Below are positions 25,088 through 38,600 of a DNA stretch of 64,000 bases, piece by piece. Below the pieces are notes generated by a model. That model saw nothing but the letters and a program-made list of their open reading frames with translations, had not been told where the DNA came from and searched no databases. A program made the position numbers and the translations under genes. Each line of letters starts with the position of its first letter. The first letter of the stretch is position 1. Source of the stretch: Azolla caroliniana (lineage: Eukaryota > Plantae > Polypodiophyta); the NCBI GenBank assembly GCA_043228905.1, contig JBHGNT010000006.1:12214001-12278000 (forward strand). The letters are read 5' to 3'.

Positions 25088-27975
25088 AGCTTAACTTGAG
25101 GTCGGATCGTGGTGTTGGTGTCTGTGGCAATCAGTTCTTCTACCCTGCTCGTTCTGGCGTTGCTCCACCTTGCTCGCCCTCCTCGTACAATCCGGTCATG
25201 TTTGTCGTGACCCTTCTGGTTCTGCGCACCTCGACCTCCTCAGACGGCTTGTCTGCTCAACAGGCCCATTTTAGCTTCTTCCTTGTTATGACTCCGATGC
25301 TTGTCAATCCATCGGTTCCTCCGTGTCGGTGTCGACTTCTGCTACCTTCTCGTTCGATTGGCCTTTAGTTGATCCGGCTTCTCCGAATCTTGAACCAAAT
25401 CGGTTTCCTCCGATTCGTTCCACCTCTTGTCCGAATCAGTCGCTCCCGATTCATTCCAGCTCTTGTCTGAGTCGGTGTTCTCCAAATCGACTTCCGTTTT
25501 TAGGCCCTTCACCACATCAGACCACATCCGCCTTCTTTCGGTCAGCTCTGTCCTTCTTGACTCTGTTGCCGCTGCCGTTTGCTCCGACTTGTTCAGATGT
25601 GCCGACTCCTTCAGTCGGCTCGGCTTTCTTTTTCTATTTATCTCCCCCTTTGGTTCTTTCTTCCTCTCCAGCTCCTTGTCCGGTGCCATCCATTCTCATT
25701 CCTATTCTCCCCCTCAAGTGCGGCACATCGAGATGTTGCAGGCCGAGCATCTCCGAAAAATGTTGCAACTTGTCTGACCCGAGCGGCTTGGTGAAGATGT
25801 CGGCAACTTGCCGATCCGTGTGAACATACCGAAGTTCAACTTCACTGCTCAGGATCCGCTCACGAACAAAGTGATAATGCACTTCTATGTGCTTTGTTCG
25901 AGCATGGAACACTGGGTTCTTGGCGAGTTGTATGTTGCTCATGTTGTCACAGTGGTTCAGGATCAGGGTAGGCACCTCGATCCGGAGGTCATGCAATAGT
26001 CATTGAAGCCAGATGGCTTCACATGTGGTAATGGTACCCCGATACTCAGCCTCAGTGCTCGACAGAGCCACTGTTGGTTGTTTTTGGCTGTTCCATGCAA
26101 CAACCACGCTACCAAGAGAAAACATGTACTCGGAGGTGGATCGGCGATCTGATGCATCACCAACCCAGTTGGCATCTATGTATCCGACTAGCTCTTCGAT
26201 TATACCATGCCAGTATAACAATCCCCCGTCCTTCGTGCTGCTCACATACTGCAATATTCGATGCGCGCACTAAAGGTGCTCCACAGTTGGCTTTTGCATG
26301 AATTGGCTGATCACACCGACCGGATAACTGATGTTGGGTCGGGTTATTGTCAAGTATAGTAGGCTTCCGACTATCTGTCGAAACCGTTCCTCATCGCAGG
26401 CCGGTCCGGAGTTGGGACGGAGCTTTTGGTTCCGGTCCAGGGGTGTGGAGATCGATCGGCATTATGTCATGCCGAACTTGTACAGCATATTCAACACATC
26501 ATGGTGTTGTGAGAGCAATATGCCATCGGGGGTTTGGATCACCTCAATCCCAAGAAAATAATGAAGGTCCCCCAGGTCCTTCATTTCAAATGCATCCAAC
26601 AGCTGGAACTTCACTCGGCCGATTTCAACGAGTCCGGGTCCGGTGATGACTAAATCATCTACATAAAGCAAAATGCAAACCGGACCATCTGGACCTTGGC
26701 GGATGAACAATGATGAGTGGGATTTAGAGGTCACAAACGCCATCTTATGCAACCAGTGTGTGATCTGCGCATTCCAAGCTCGGGGGGCTTGTTTTAGACC
26801 GTAAAGCGACTTCTTAAGTTGGCAGACTACCGATTTGTTCATCTCCGATTGGAAACCCAGGGGTTGGATCATATAGACCCATTCTTCAAGATCACCTTGA
26901 AGAAATGCATTCTTCACGTCCATTTGGTGAAGATGCCACCACCTTGCCGCAACAACTGCCAGTACCACACGAACTGTTGTCATCTTCGCTACCGGAGCGA
27001 AGGTCTCGTCGTAGTCGATTCTGTGGGTATGTGCGTATCCTTTCGCCACTAACTAGGCCTTGTACCGGTTAACCAAACCGTCGGCATTGTACTTTACCTT
27101 GTACATCCATTTGCAACCGATTGGGTTATAGTGTCGGGGACGGTCAACGAGGTCCCATGTGTCGTTGGCATTGAGTGCCCGCATTTCTTCTTCCATAGCG
27201 GCACGCCAATTTGCGTCCTTTGCCGCTTCTGCGTAGCTCTCTAGCTCACGCACTTCCGCCACTTTGGTCATGTACACATAGTGATGCACCATGTACTCAT
27301 TGTACCCGTACCGCGTAACGGGTTTCTTTTGGCAGGAAGACCGACGTAACTTGCCATCACTCGGTTTGGGGCCCTTCTTGGCCGGTTTGAACTTTGTTCT
27401 TGAAGATCCGCCTCCATTCTTTCCGGAGTCGGATTCGCTCCGATCCAACTCAACGTTGCCGGTTTCGTATTCCGATATTTTCTGCTTCCCTTTCTCTTTG
27501 CGCGTGAACCGTCTCCTCGGTTCCTTGCGCAAGGAGAGCACTGTAGAGTCTCCACCACTCACCGGTTCTTCATCCGACTAGTCATCCCGACTCAGCCGCT
27601 CATTTGGCCCACTTAGCCAGAATGAGATCAGACTCTCTTCTAGAGTGCCGAAGTCTTCATCTTCTACCTGGACCTCCTCGGGCTCACTAGCCTCATCCTC
27701 TGAAATCGGGTCTTCGTCGGGAATTGGAATCGGTAAGGAGTACCATAATGTCGTCTCATCAAACTCGACATCTCGGCTTACTCGGACCTGCTTAGTCTGG
27801 GGGTTATAGCACTTATACCCCTTTTGCTCATGCGAGTAATCGACTAGGATGCACTTCTCCGACTTCGGATCTAGTTTCTTCCGCTTCTCATCCGGTATAT
27901 GCACATATGTTATGCTACCAAATATTCGAGGGTGCCTCAAATTCGGTTTCCGCTCGAAATACAGCTCATGTGTTG
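25088..27975 (-). mobile_element. B-family copia fragment (late IN, RT, RH, Pol tail; LTR lost)
   Basis: ORF fragments collinear with element B, including the WSDVVKG tail motif. Confidence 0.88.
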
Positions 27976-27989
27976 ATACCTCGTCTCCG

Positions 27990-28245
27990 TATGGAATGTG
28001 TGAATATGTGTATGTATGTATGTGTTATATGTGTATATAGGTATTGTATTGCATGTATATATATAGGTATGTGTGTATGTATGTACATATTGTATTGTAG
28101 TTTATGTATAGAATGTGTGTATATGTGTATGTATGTATGTGTTATATATTTATATAGGTATTGTATGGATTGTATTGCATGTGTACATAGGTATATGTGT
28201 ACATATTGTGTTTTATTAATTGCATGTATTGTATATATTATATGC
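27990..28245. repeat. Degenerate (TG/TA/TATG)n low-complexity tract
   Basis: Directly visible in the sequence. Confidence 0.85.
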
Positions 28246-28874
28246 ATAGATTGACACATGTGTGATATTCGAAATATTCGAGAATACCAAATGCCCACAA
28301 GAATATTATAAAACCATTCATTTTACAAAATAAATATATACAATATTAACTTATTCTTTTTTTTATTTAGATAAATTTAATTCACTAAAAAAAGAACAAT
28401 CATTCATTAATAGATTATAAACATATGATTAGTATTAACTCTCCTTTATAGTGTCAAATAAAAAATGGGGAAGTTTATGAACCTTTATTTTAATTAATTA
28501 ATTTTAAGAAAAACGAATATTTGTATATTTATTATAGAAATATGATTAGTGTGAAGTCCAATTTTTAGTGTCAAAATAAAAATATCCATAATTTTTGAGA
28601 GCATAAAATGTGAGGAATTAATGAACCTTTATTTTATTTTATTTATTTATTAAAAATAAAATGAACTTTTATATTTATTATAAAAATTTGTTAGTGTCAA
28701 GTGCCTATTTTAATGTCCCTTTCTTTTATCCTAGTAAACTAAAAAAGGAGGGAGTTCTTGGACTCTTTATTTATTTATTTATTTTGGGTTAAACGAATAG
28801 TTGACCATACATTCGTATGCGTATTCGTTTGCATTTGAATGGGAAACCCCACGAATGTGAATATGTCAATCTTA
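28246..28874. mobile_element. Putative AT-rich MITE
   Basis: Inverted ends ATAGATTGACACAT and ATATGTCAATCTTA; ATTCG/CGAAT subterminal motifs; non-coding interior. Confidence 0.4.
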
Positions 28875-29767
28875 TGGATGGCATGTGTGATGTGTGTTAT
28901 ATTTGTGTGTGTGTATGTATGTTCCACACAACATATATATGTGGGTAAAAGCATGGGAATGAAAACACTATTATAGCTTTAGCTATTAAAATGGCCATAT
29001 TTGTTTAGCTAATTTTTCGTGGGCAAATCATAAGGATCATTTACAAAAACAAATTGCTTTATTACTTAAATACATGTAATTTATTATGGTGAATAGGTAA
29101 TTTATGGGAATACTCAAAATTTTAAACTTTGGTTTCTTATATCGTGGAACCTAGGGAACATTTCCCTCATCTAAACTCGACTTGAATGTTAGCAAAGTCT
29201 TGTTAATCTTGAGTTTGAGTTCGAAATCCAAATAGATGGAGTACTCTAAGCACAAACACAAACGAAGCTCCGCAACAACACAAAAACTCTGATATCGACA
29301 TTGCACCTTTATAGCACCAACACACCACCATTTTGATCCTCATCCAGGCATGCATCAATTACACATTACATGCATTCAATTTTTATTTTTTTCCCCTGTC
29401 TAATAACTATCTTGCTTGTTCATCAAGGATGTCGTGAAAATTGGGGTGTAGCGGCAGGTGTGTTTCTAATTGTCAAAAAATATTATTAGTGTTAATTTCA
29501 TACATATTTCAGATTAGGGTTTTTGATTTCTTTTAGCGGTTGATTTCTTATTAGGGTTTTTTATTTCAGATTACGGTTGAAATTTTCTGGTTTAGGGTTG
29601 AAATTTTGCATCAATACACATTTTTTATTACAATGGTTATCTATCTACAAATTTCCCCCAAACTTGATTAGGATTTTGATGCATGTGCTTGATTTTTTAT
29701 TTTTTATTCTTCCCTACTAATTATGATTCTAAATACACCTGTCCCAGTAGAGCAGAGGTAACACGTA

Positions 29768-30490
29768 TTGATTTTTTATTTCAGGTGGCTTGTTCCTCCA
29801 TATCCTAGGGTTCTGAACTTTGCCAAGTTTTGTGAGACAAAGGAGAACTTCAACCATGTATATGGTCTATCAATGGAGGGTATTGACCCTATTGTGCTAA
29901 CAGATAAATTGATTAGTATAGACTGGTTGTCAGTCTATAAAGTGCCTAGAGTGAAAGGCGAGATAAAGTTGAAGCATGTACAACCAAAGTTATATGACGA
30001 CTTCATGAGGCTCCACCAAAAAGTACATCAAGAGATCCCAGTCAACAAAGAATTGTCCATTGCATTCACTAGAGCTTTTGCCTACGAGTATTGCAAAACA
30101 ACGAAGGAAGCAACTAACCCTGAAATGTACATGATAGCTTGCGCTCTTGCAAGTGAGGCATTGGTAGAACAATGCCGGAAGATGGGGAGCTTGCAACAAA
30201 AGATGGCGTGATTCTGGAGCATGGCAGTTGATGATGCAACTACCGACTCCCACCAAACCCGCAAGGAGACACCACACAGAATCAACATGAAAGAAAATAT
30301 CAATGATACAGGTGAGACATTGATTAGCTATATGTTGAAAAATGTCCATGAAGCCTGTGAGACATTGGAGGCAACAAAGTTTGCTTTAGAGAAAGCAACT
30401 TTGGCGGTTGTGATGGAAAGCAAGGTCACTTTGGTAGTGACAACAATTAGGAAAAAGATTCAGGTTGCTAAGCAGTATAAAGTGTGGTAG
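29768..30490 (+). pseudogene. Degenerate coding remnant of unknown family
   Basis: Two same-frame ORFs (147 and 89 aa) separated by one stop; splice-acceptor-like TTTCAG at ~29785. Confidence 0.35.
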
Positions 30491-30652
30491 TTAATTAGCT
30501 ACAATTGCCAATCTATAGTATAGTAGCTAATTAACTAAGTTGTAGCTAATTAGCTAAGCAGTATTGAGAGTGTAGCAAATTAGCTACTGCCATACTTAAG
30601 TATAGTAGCTAATTAGCTACTGCCAATCTATAGTGTAGTAGCTAATTAGCAA
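30488..30652. repeat. Array of six TAGCTAATTAGCTA palindromes
   Basis: Copies at ~30488, 30524, 30543, 30573, 30606 and 30639. Confidence 0.85.
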
Positions 30653-30653
30653 C

Positions 30654-32020
30654 TGTTAGAGTTAGATCCTAGTGTAAGCATGAGATAAGGATATAATAGA
30701 GAGAAAGAAGGGCGTCGATTCACCCGATCACCCTCGAGCGAAGGGATCGAGACGGGCTTGAGCCTCGATCGGCGTCCCATACCACTATCGTGACATCGAG
30801 TCGTGCTTGGTACTGGCGTGCTCGCTACAAGAGTTGTTCCGCCACAAGGACAAAGTCTCGACATAGTCAAGAGATGTCAAATGAGGGTAGCTAGGCCAGA
30901 CCTAAGGCCCCCAGGCAAGTTCACACTTGGCCTAATGGGTTGTCTCAATCCCAAGGATTAAAAGAAATCATTCATTCTTTACACTCTCGTTTAACCCTCA
31001 CACTTTATCTATGTGTATAGAATACTACGGTAAACCTTACCACGAGATATTATATGGTCATGCCCGTAACATACTCCCCCTCTTTAAAACATTGCACTAT
31101 TGCAATGAAAAGTTGAGGAAGTTAGTTTTAAGAGTATTTTCGCATTCCCATGTAGCATACTGTATAGACTTATCCATCTATTTAAATTTAAATTTTTTGT
31201 TTTAACATCGAGAATTCTAGAGTACATGTGGTTTAGAAGATAATTCTTCAAAAGTAACCACAGTTTCAGTTATAACTGTACTGTCGCCAGAACCAAGAAA
31301 TTCTTTTAGATAACTTACATGAAAAATTGGATGGATTTCAACACCATTAGGAAGAGCGAGACGATAAGCCGATGAACCAATGTGTTTGAGGACCATAAAA
31401 GGTCCACAAAACTATGGGGCTAACTTAGCGCACTTGCTCGTAGACAATGTCTTAGAATTGTGAGGTACACGTAAAAATACCTTTTGTCCAATGTTGAATA
31501 CACGAGGTTGCCTATTATGATCGACATAAAAATGCGCTCTATCTTGAGCTATTTTTATATTATCTCATGTAATATGCAACATATATTGCATATCCCAAAG
31601 AAATTTTTGTGTACTTCGCAATTCATTATGATGTATATTAACATCAATTGGGGCTCGTGGCTGAAAACCATACATCGACATAAAAGGACTATATCCTGTC
31701 GATGTATACTTGGAGCTGTTATAAGCAAATTCCAGAATCGGGAGATAACATTCCCACTTTGTTGGATTTGCACCAACATATGCTCGAAGCATGTCCTCAA
31801 TAATTTGATTTACTCCTTCTGTCTATCCATTGAATTGAGGATGATCCATGGAGCTCATGCTCAAAGTAGTTTTTAGCTTATTAAAGACTTGCGTCCAAAA
31901 GTTGCTATTAAACTTTGGATCTCAATCACTCACAATATCCATTGGTAACCCATAAAAATGAAATAACTCTTCAACAAATTGGTAAGCCAATTCTAGGGTT
32001 GTTACCGTGGTTTTTGTGGC
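30654..32020 (-). mobile_element. Truncated Ty3/gypsy element: 3' LTR 30654-31071, PPT and integrase remnant
   Basis: TGTTA...TAACA termini; PPT read on + as CTCCCCCTCTTT; LRAYV...LEFAYNSS integrase motifs. Confidence 0.8.
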
Positions 32021-32693
32021 AATTGTTGAGAATCAAGCTCAACCTAGCATTGTGTGTGAACACACCCTTTGAGAATCTATGAGCACTCAAAGGTCAAAAG
32101 TCATACCACTACTCTCTACACATGAAGTATGTGTCATAAAATTATATTCTATGACACATAACTAATGAGTTTCATATTCCCCATGACTAATGAGTCTTCA
32201 CATTACCCAAGAGAGAGTAGTTGTTAGTTAATGAAGAGAGAGGGTGACTATATATAAAGAACCTTCCTCCTACTTCATATAGTGCCGGTTGTGACTCCTT
32301 TTAATGCTACATTTTTGTATCTCATATTCTCCTTGTGAATATACATCTCCTTCTTCTTGAGTATTTCATTTCTCTTGGTTATGTATCTTGTGGTTCTCTT
32401 CTCTCATCTCTTTTCTCTCACACATACACACACATAACACACATCTCTTCCGCTACACAAGAATCATATCCGATTCTTTACATGGTATTAAAGCGGCTTG
32501 GTAGGTCGATCTAGCCCATCGGCGTGTGTTGTGTTCTATGCCGACATTCAAGAAGAACCGGTGTTGTGCCTTTTGGGGTCAGATCATTACGTGAGTCAGG
32601 TGGAAACCGTTGAGGCTTTGAACTAGGAGGAGGAGAAGTCTAAGGCTAATAAGAATATGAAAGAGAAAGCTCAGAATCTCGTGAATTTCATAG

Positions 32694-33268
32694 TATAGTG
32701 AATTAGTATAATTAGTATTAAGAATATCAAGAAATCAACCCAAACTTTCAATAGATTGGAAGAGAGAGATAGGAAATTGTGAATCACATGACTATAATCA
32801 ATTCAATCAATATTTAGAAAACCCAAAATCGACAACAACCCTTTACAATTTGCTCCCCCATCCTTATATAGTGATGGGAGAGTCTATTTTTACTACATGC
32901 AAGCATCATGCCTTTTCTAACTCTAGTGTTCATGCACACTACATGTGCACGATTAGCTTTCTATCACACTCTTTCATTTAACTCGAGTGTGTATGCATGA
33001 ATAACTTTTTCTATCATGCTTATCTAGAATATTTAGATGGGATAAAGAGTAAAACTTTAAAACTCATAATGTGCTAGTACAATGGTAAGGCTTAAAATCA
33101 TTACCATGGAGGTATAGGGTTCAAATCTTGCCCTATGCATGTATTATAATTATTGTAGTATTTTCTCCTATTTCTTTATACTTAGTCAACCTGGTACTCC
33201 ACACATATTTTACGTAGTGTACTTTGTACACTACGACACCGGTCCATTGCTATCGTAGTGCCACTACA
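32694..33268 (-). mobile_element. Solo LTR (gypsy-type, starting TGTAGTGG) in the copia leader
   Basis: Ends TATAGTG...CACTACA; CATAG on both flanks; TATA on the minus strand near 32865. Confidence 0.6.
33071..33140 (+). other. tRNA-derived A-box/B-box cassette in LTR U3 (antisense)
   Basis: TAGTACAATGG 33075-33085; GGTTCAAATC 33118-33127. Confidence 0.6.
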
Positions 33269-33786
33269 TAGCTCGTGTTCGAGAGAGAAGGAAAAGAAGA
33301 AAGAAAGCTTCATCGACATAATGAATAATCAAGTGGGGAGTGCTCTCCCTAGCGAGAAGTTGGATAGAAAAAATTTTGCATCTTAGGAGTACAAGATGCA
33401 CCAATACCTTGTCGGCCAAGGATATTGGAGCTACATTAAAGGAGCACAAGAAAATTGACCCGACCCGAAAGACGTCGACTACTCAACATGGGAGCTAGCA
33501 GCAAGTCGAGTGATGTATTGCATAAAATATGTATGCTTACATGAATAAACATGAATGTACATATGTAATGTATATATATTTGTATGTGTATGCAATCTCG
33601 ATTGTGGTCGTTAGTAAAACACTTGAATATTGAGATTCGCAGCTCACTTTGACATGTAGTACATGAAAATGTTATGTATTTGGTCACGTAAGTCATAGGA
33701 TAATAAAATCCTCTCTCTCTCAAACTTGGAAGGATACTTACTACTTTGTGACATTGGGTGGGGATGGATTAATCACGATAATTATT

Positions 33787-33963
33787 AATAACAATAATAA
33801 TAATAATAATAACAATAATAAGAAGAAGAAAACGAAAAGCAAACGTCAGCAGAAACCGGTGATAGCCGGTCAGCCATGGGCGGCGTAAACCAGACAGGGA
33901 TCTGTCGTACTATGAGTTAAAGTTCGACAACGACAGACTAACACACACACACACACACACACA
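33787..33963 (+). repeat. (AAT)n and (AC)n microsatellites in the promoter/5' region of the gene
   Basis: Directly visible in the sequence. Confidence 0.8.
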
Positions 33964-34915
33964 GAGATCGTCTTGACTCACTCACACAACGCAGGAACTC
34001 TGCAGAAGCAGAAGCAGAAGATGAAAGACGAGGAGAACCGACAGAAGAAGAATGGGGAGGAAGAAGCAAAGAGAGCTCCACCATTAGAGCTCCGTTTCTA
34101 GAATCTCTTTCACGCTCTCCAAGCTTTGGTTTCCTTTTTCCTTTGCTCTGCTACTTCTTTCCAAGCTGCTTTGCACAGATCGCCATTATTGCTGCTACCT
34201 TTGACTAACGCAGCTTCATTTCCTCACATATGGTATGTCAAAGGTGGACGTTACTCTCCTTCTCTCTCTCTCTCTCTCTCTCTCTCGCTCATATGCGAGC
34301 AACGGAAACCGTCCTTATTAACTAAATCTTCGTTTTTTTGCTCTTGCTCTTTGTATTTTGCAGAGAAAAGTGAAGATTAAAGACTGCACTCAATTGATTA
34401 AGCTCTTACACACATATAGTAAGTGTGTATCTCTTCGAGCAAGAACATACTTAACATACTAAACTACTGGGGAGTCTTCAAGGCTTAATCTTAGCTTAGA
34501 TCTCAGCTCAATTGGCAGAGACTGGGACCTTTGTAATAATGTATGTTGTGTGTGCTATTTATCCATCTACGTATGTTGCTAAAACTTTAAGAAGTATAGA
34601 TATAAATCAATCCTTTCTTCTCTCCTCATTTGACCCCCGATTTGGCTGTTGAAACTTGCACCCAGTGAATCTGGATCCATTTTGGCCTGTTTATCCCTCG
34701 GAATTCATTATGTCTGATCAATTTACAGATGCCTAAGATCCGTACATTGCTCTAGAGGAAGTTAAACGATCAGCGGTTAGGATGAGATCTCGTGAGCAAA
34801 GACTATTATTGCACCTGCATTTGATCTCGTTATTTATTTATAGTGTTTTATATCTATACAGATACATACATATGTGTCTATATATGCCTATATAGATAGA
34901 TAGCTTTATACATAA

Positions 34916-35095
34916 ATGGCAAGCAAGCTTTCACCAGCTACACCGAGGCCCAGGGTTCAGAGAGAAGCGTCGGGATCAGCAGGGGAAAGAATTACACCGC
35001 CTTCATCTAAGATTAGTGCCGGCGGAGTGGTTGGGGAGAGAAATGGCAAGGCTACTCCACCTGATCGAAGATCTCCTCGCCTCTTCAGTGCAGAG
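34916..35095 (+). CDS. WEB/ICR-like coiled-coil protein, coding exon 1
   Basis: MASKLSPATPR...DRRSPR resembles the N-terminus of At5g16730-type/ICR proteins; donor AG|GTAAG in phase 0. Confidence 0.8.
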
Positions 35096-35640
35096 GTAAG
35101 TTTCATGATAAGGATTGTATCGTTTCAGTATTCAGTGTAAGTAAGAATTTTTGCATCTCATGTTACAGAGCATACGTGTAATCATGCCTTAATTGAGGCC
35201 AATTAGGCTTGAAATAGGTTTTTGGCTGGTGGATAGTCATCTCATCAATAACGACCGGTCTAGTATACGTATAGGGCTTGTTACCCTTTATAGTGCACTT
35301 CATCTTGCTATTTATACATCAGACCAATCGTACTAAATGGAAGCAATTAGGCCACAAATAGGCATAGTAGCTCATTGGTGGCCATCCTGATGGCTCCCAC
35401 TCTATATACATGTTGTGCGCTTCTTCTTGTTATTTGGCATCTAGATCTCCAAGGTACAAACAATTTGATTTTCTCCGTGGTATGGGCCATGTGAGGACCT
35501 CATGCCAGCTTATATGTATGTATTCCTGAATGGCCTTAATTGACACCATTAAGGTAATGATTATGTGTAATTGACACCATTAAGCTATGATTACATGCAT
35601 GCTGGTAATGTCTCACCAGATGACAATGTGCAATGTGCAG

Positions 35641-38600
35641 AAGAGAATCCCCATCGTTAGAGGAGCTGAGCTACATCAAGTTCAAGAAGAACTTGTCAAG
35701 ACAAAAGAGCAACTCGCTTTGTTGGAGCAATCTAAGTCGAATGTGCTCCAGGACCTAGCACGAACAAAAGGACAAGTAGAAGATTTGACAGCCAAACTCC
35801 AAGTATTTAATGAGGCCTTCTCAATGAAAAAAGACTGTCAACATGCTGAGGAGAGAGAGTTTTCGAGCTTAGAAGTCATGAAACACCAATATGAGAGGGT
35901 TATGCAAGATCTGCAGGAAACCAAGCAGGCCATGGAGAGCTTGAAACATGAGCTTATTGTATGTGTCGAGGCGAAAGATGAAGCCGTAAGATTGGCTGGT
36001 GAGGCACTGAATGCAGCTGAATCCACTCAAATAAGATTAGAGGAACTATCAGTTGAATTAATTGCCACCAGGGGCTCTCTGGCTGGGGCCACATCATCTG
36101 AAATGGACGATTTGATTGCTGATTTAGAATGTCATGGTGATGATAATCCGAGCTTCACGGCAAGATCTGACTCAGATCCAAAGCTTGATGTGCAACTCAA
36201 GGATAGAAATGACAAGACTGTCAGGTTGCAACTCGAGCTCGCTTCTGTAAAATCTGAGGCTAGCTCGAAATTGCATAAAGGTGTTTTGGAGGCTTTAATT
36301 GCAAGATCAGAAACAGAATTGAAACAGGATCTGGCTTTCGCGCAAGATTTTGAATCACAACTCAAAGATGCATGGTTGGCATTACAAGAGATGAAGGTGG
36401 AGCTTTACTCGGGGAAAGGGTCATCTAGCTTGAACTCAGAAACTGACAACGCAGTCCATGAACCTAAAAATCTAAGGTCTGAGCTAGAAATCTTGAAACA
36501 CGAGCTCATTTCAGCTCGAAATTGTGAAATCCAACTCAGGAAGGCCAAATATCTTGTGGAAAAGCTTCAATTCGAGCTGTCTGTTTTGAAAGAAGCTGAA
36601 GGTGGTTCTGAATACAAGCTGATTAACCTGAATTCCATATTGGAACAGCTTAGAAGTGACCTTGCTGATTCAAATGAAGTCGAGAGAATGTCTAAGTCTA
36701 TGGTGAGTAAATTTTCAGGGGCCAACGATACAGAACAAGGAGACTATAGCTCTGCCACTCATGATGCTGTGAATGCTGATGGAGAGAAAGATAAGGAAAC
36801 TAAAGAAACAACGGTTCTTCCTTCAGCTCTAGCAATTTTAACTTCTCAACTAGAAGAAACAGAAGAGAGTTTGGTGAAGGTGATGGTAGAGGGGGCAGTG
36901 TTTGTATCCTTCCTGAAGTCCTTTCAATCTACATTAGAAAGAAATCAAACACATATCAAAATCATGGAAGAGAATGAGGTATATTTGAAGATGAAAATGG
37001 AGGATTTGAGCCGAGCCCTGAGAAAGATGACAGAGGAGAAGCAAAGAGAAGTAGGAAGCTTAGAAGACCAAATAGCAAGTGCTACTTTAGCTATGGCCTC
37101 TGTGGAGGAAGATTGCAAGAGACAGAAGATGGAGTTGGTTATATTGGCTGAAAAGGAATCTGCAGCTTCGCTGAATGCCACAAATCTGGTGACAAAACTT
37201 GAGCACGTTCAAATGGAATTGAAGAATGTGAGCAGGAAAGAATATCTATCATCAGAAAAGCACAATCTACTGGAGGCGGAGTTGGAAGCAAGTCATAGAA
37301 AGCTCACAATAGCTAATGAGAAAGAACTTGGTCTATTGTCGAGGGTCGAAGTATTGTCCACTGAGCTAGAAATTAGCCGAAGAGAAGCTTTAACCCTGAA
37401 GGACACAGAGATAGAGTTGAACTCCAAGATTGCAATGTTGAACAGGGAGTTGGAAAGCTGTTGGAAAGAGCTCTCAGTTGTGAATGACAGAGAAGCAACG
37501 GTAACTCTTCGAGTGGAAGCTCTGGTCAATGAGCTTGAGGTCAGCCAAAAGGACCTCTCAGCTGCCAAGGAAAAACAACCAAAAACAGACTCGGAATTTG
37601 CTGCATTGTTTGAAAGGAAAGAACTGGAAGCTCTGGAGCTGAAGAAGAAAGGTGATTATTCGGATGCTAGAGCTGATGATGCTTTGTTGTTGGATCTAGC
37701 GAGAGCTCAGTGTGAACTAGAGGAGAGGACGGAAAGAGAATGTAGTGTCTCTGCCGAAGCTTCTGAAGCTCTAGAGCTTGCAGAGAGAGAAAAGGCAGCA
37801 AAAGTTGAGTTGGTTGAGCTGAATGTGCATCGAGAGAAGGTTAACTTTGAGATTGAGGAAGCCTTTCATGCTGCTAAAACAGCTCGGGAAGATGCAGACA
37901 GACTTCAGGTTTACTTAGAATTAGCCATCACAGAAAAAGACCATGCTAGACAGCCAGAACAAGAAGAGAAAGCCCAAGCTATAAGGAATAAGGAAAAGGC
38001 AGTAACTGCAGTAATTGAAGCTGAAACTGCAAGGTTTGAAGCTGGGAAAGCCATGGAAGAAACTCAACAAGGAGCAGAGGATCTACAGTCTCTGAAGGAA
38101 AGCCTGAAAATCATGGAAGGAGAAATGGATTTCCTTAGAAGGGAAACCAAAACAATAAAGGACGAATTAAAAGCAGTCAAATTGGAGGAGAAAATTTTGG
38201 GTGAAGAGTTGCACAAGGAAAGAAAAGCTGCTCAAGCAAGTAGAGAGTATGTAGAAGCTCTGAAGGTTGAGGTCATCAAGGAGAAAGAGCAAGCTAAAGT
38301 TGCCGCAGATGAAACCCGAGCAGCACTGAGTGATGTCGAAAAGCTCAGAGAGGAAGTTGAAAAGCTCAAGACTGAAGAAAAAATGGTGATTTCTGCACAT
38401 AAAACTATTGAAGATAAGCTTCATGGTGCACCAATAGAGCTGAATACAGTAAAACATGATGCTGCTACACAAGATGAAGGTGAGTATAAACTCGCCGGTT
38501 TGACTTCAGGCGAGCTAGATGAATTAAGGAGGAAGTCTGCTGATGCTGAAGGGCTAATAGCTAGTGTAGAATCAGATTCAGAATCATTGAATGCCAGCAC

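Larger units (their letters stand above)
32024..33520 (+). mobile_element. 5' part of a B/C-related copia (LTR 32024-32482, PBS 32483-32494, gag start)
   Basis: TGTTGAG...AAGCTCAAC start; TGGTATTAAAGC; gag remnant GSALPSEKLDR...HQYL. Confidence 0.75.

Noticed and set aside
27907-28298. Cys/Tyr/His-rich ORFs on both strands
   Set aside because: Translation artefacts of the TG/TA microsatellite.
29510-29600. Scattered TTAGGG as interstitial telomere
   Set aside because: Isolated, non-tandem copies typical of plant telo-box or T-rich intron sequence.
30488-30652. CRISPR-like array of palindromic repeats with spacers
   Set aside because: Repeats are only 14 bp, spacers are short and related to each other, there are no cas genes, and the context is eukaryotic.
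34502-34540. A-box-like CAGCTCAATTGGCAGAG upstream of the gene CDS
   Set aside because: No B-box at a suitable distance.
35587-35640. ORF-track start MITCMLVM for the 1201-aa ORF
   Set aside because: It lies in the intron; the TGCAG acceptor at 35640 links in phase to exon 34916-35095.
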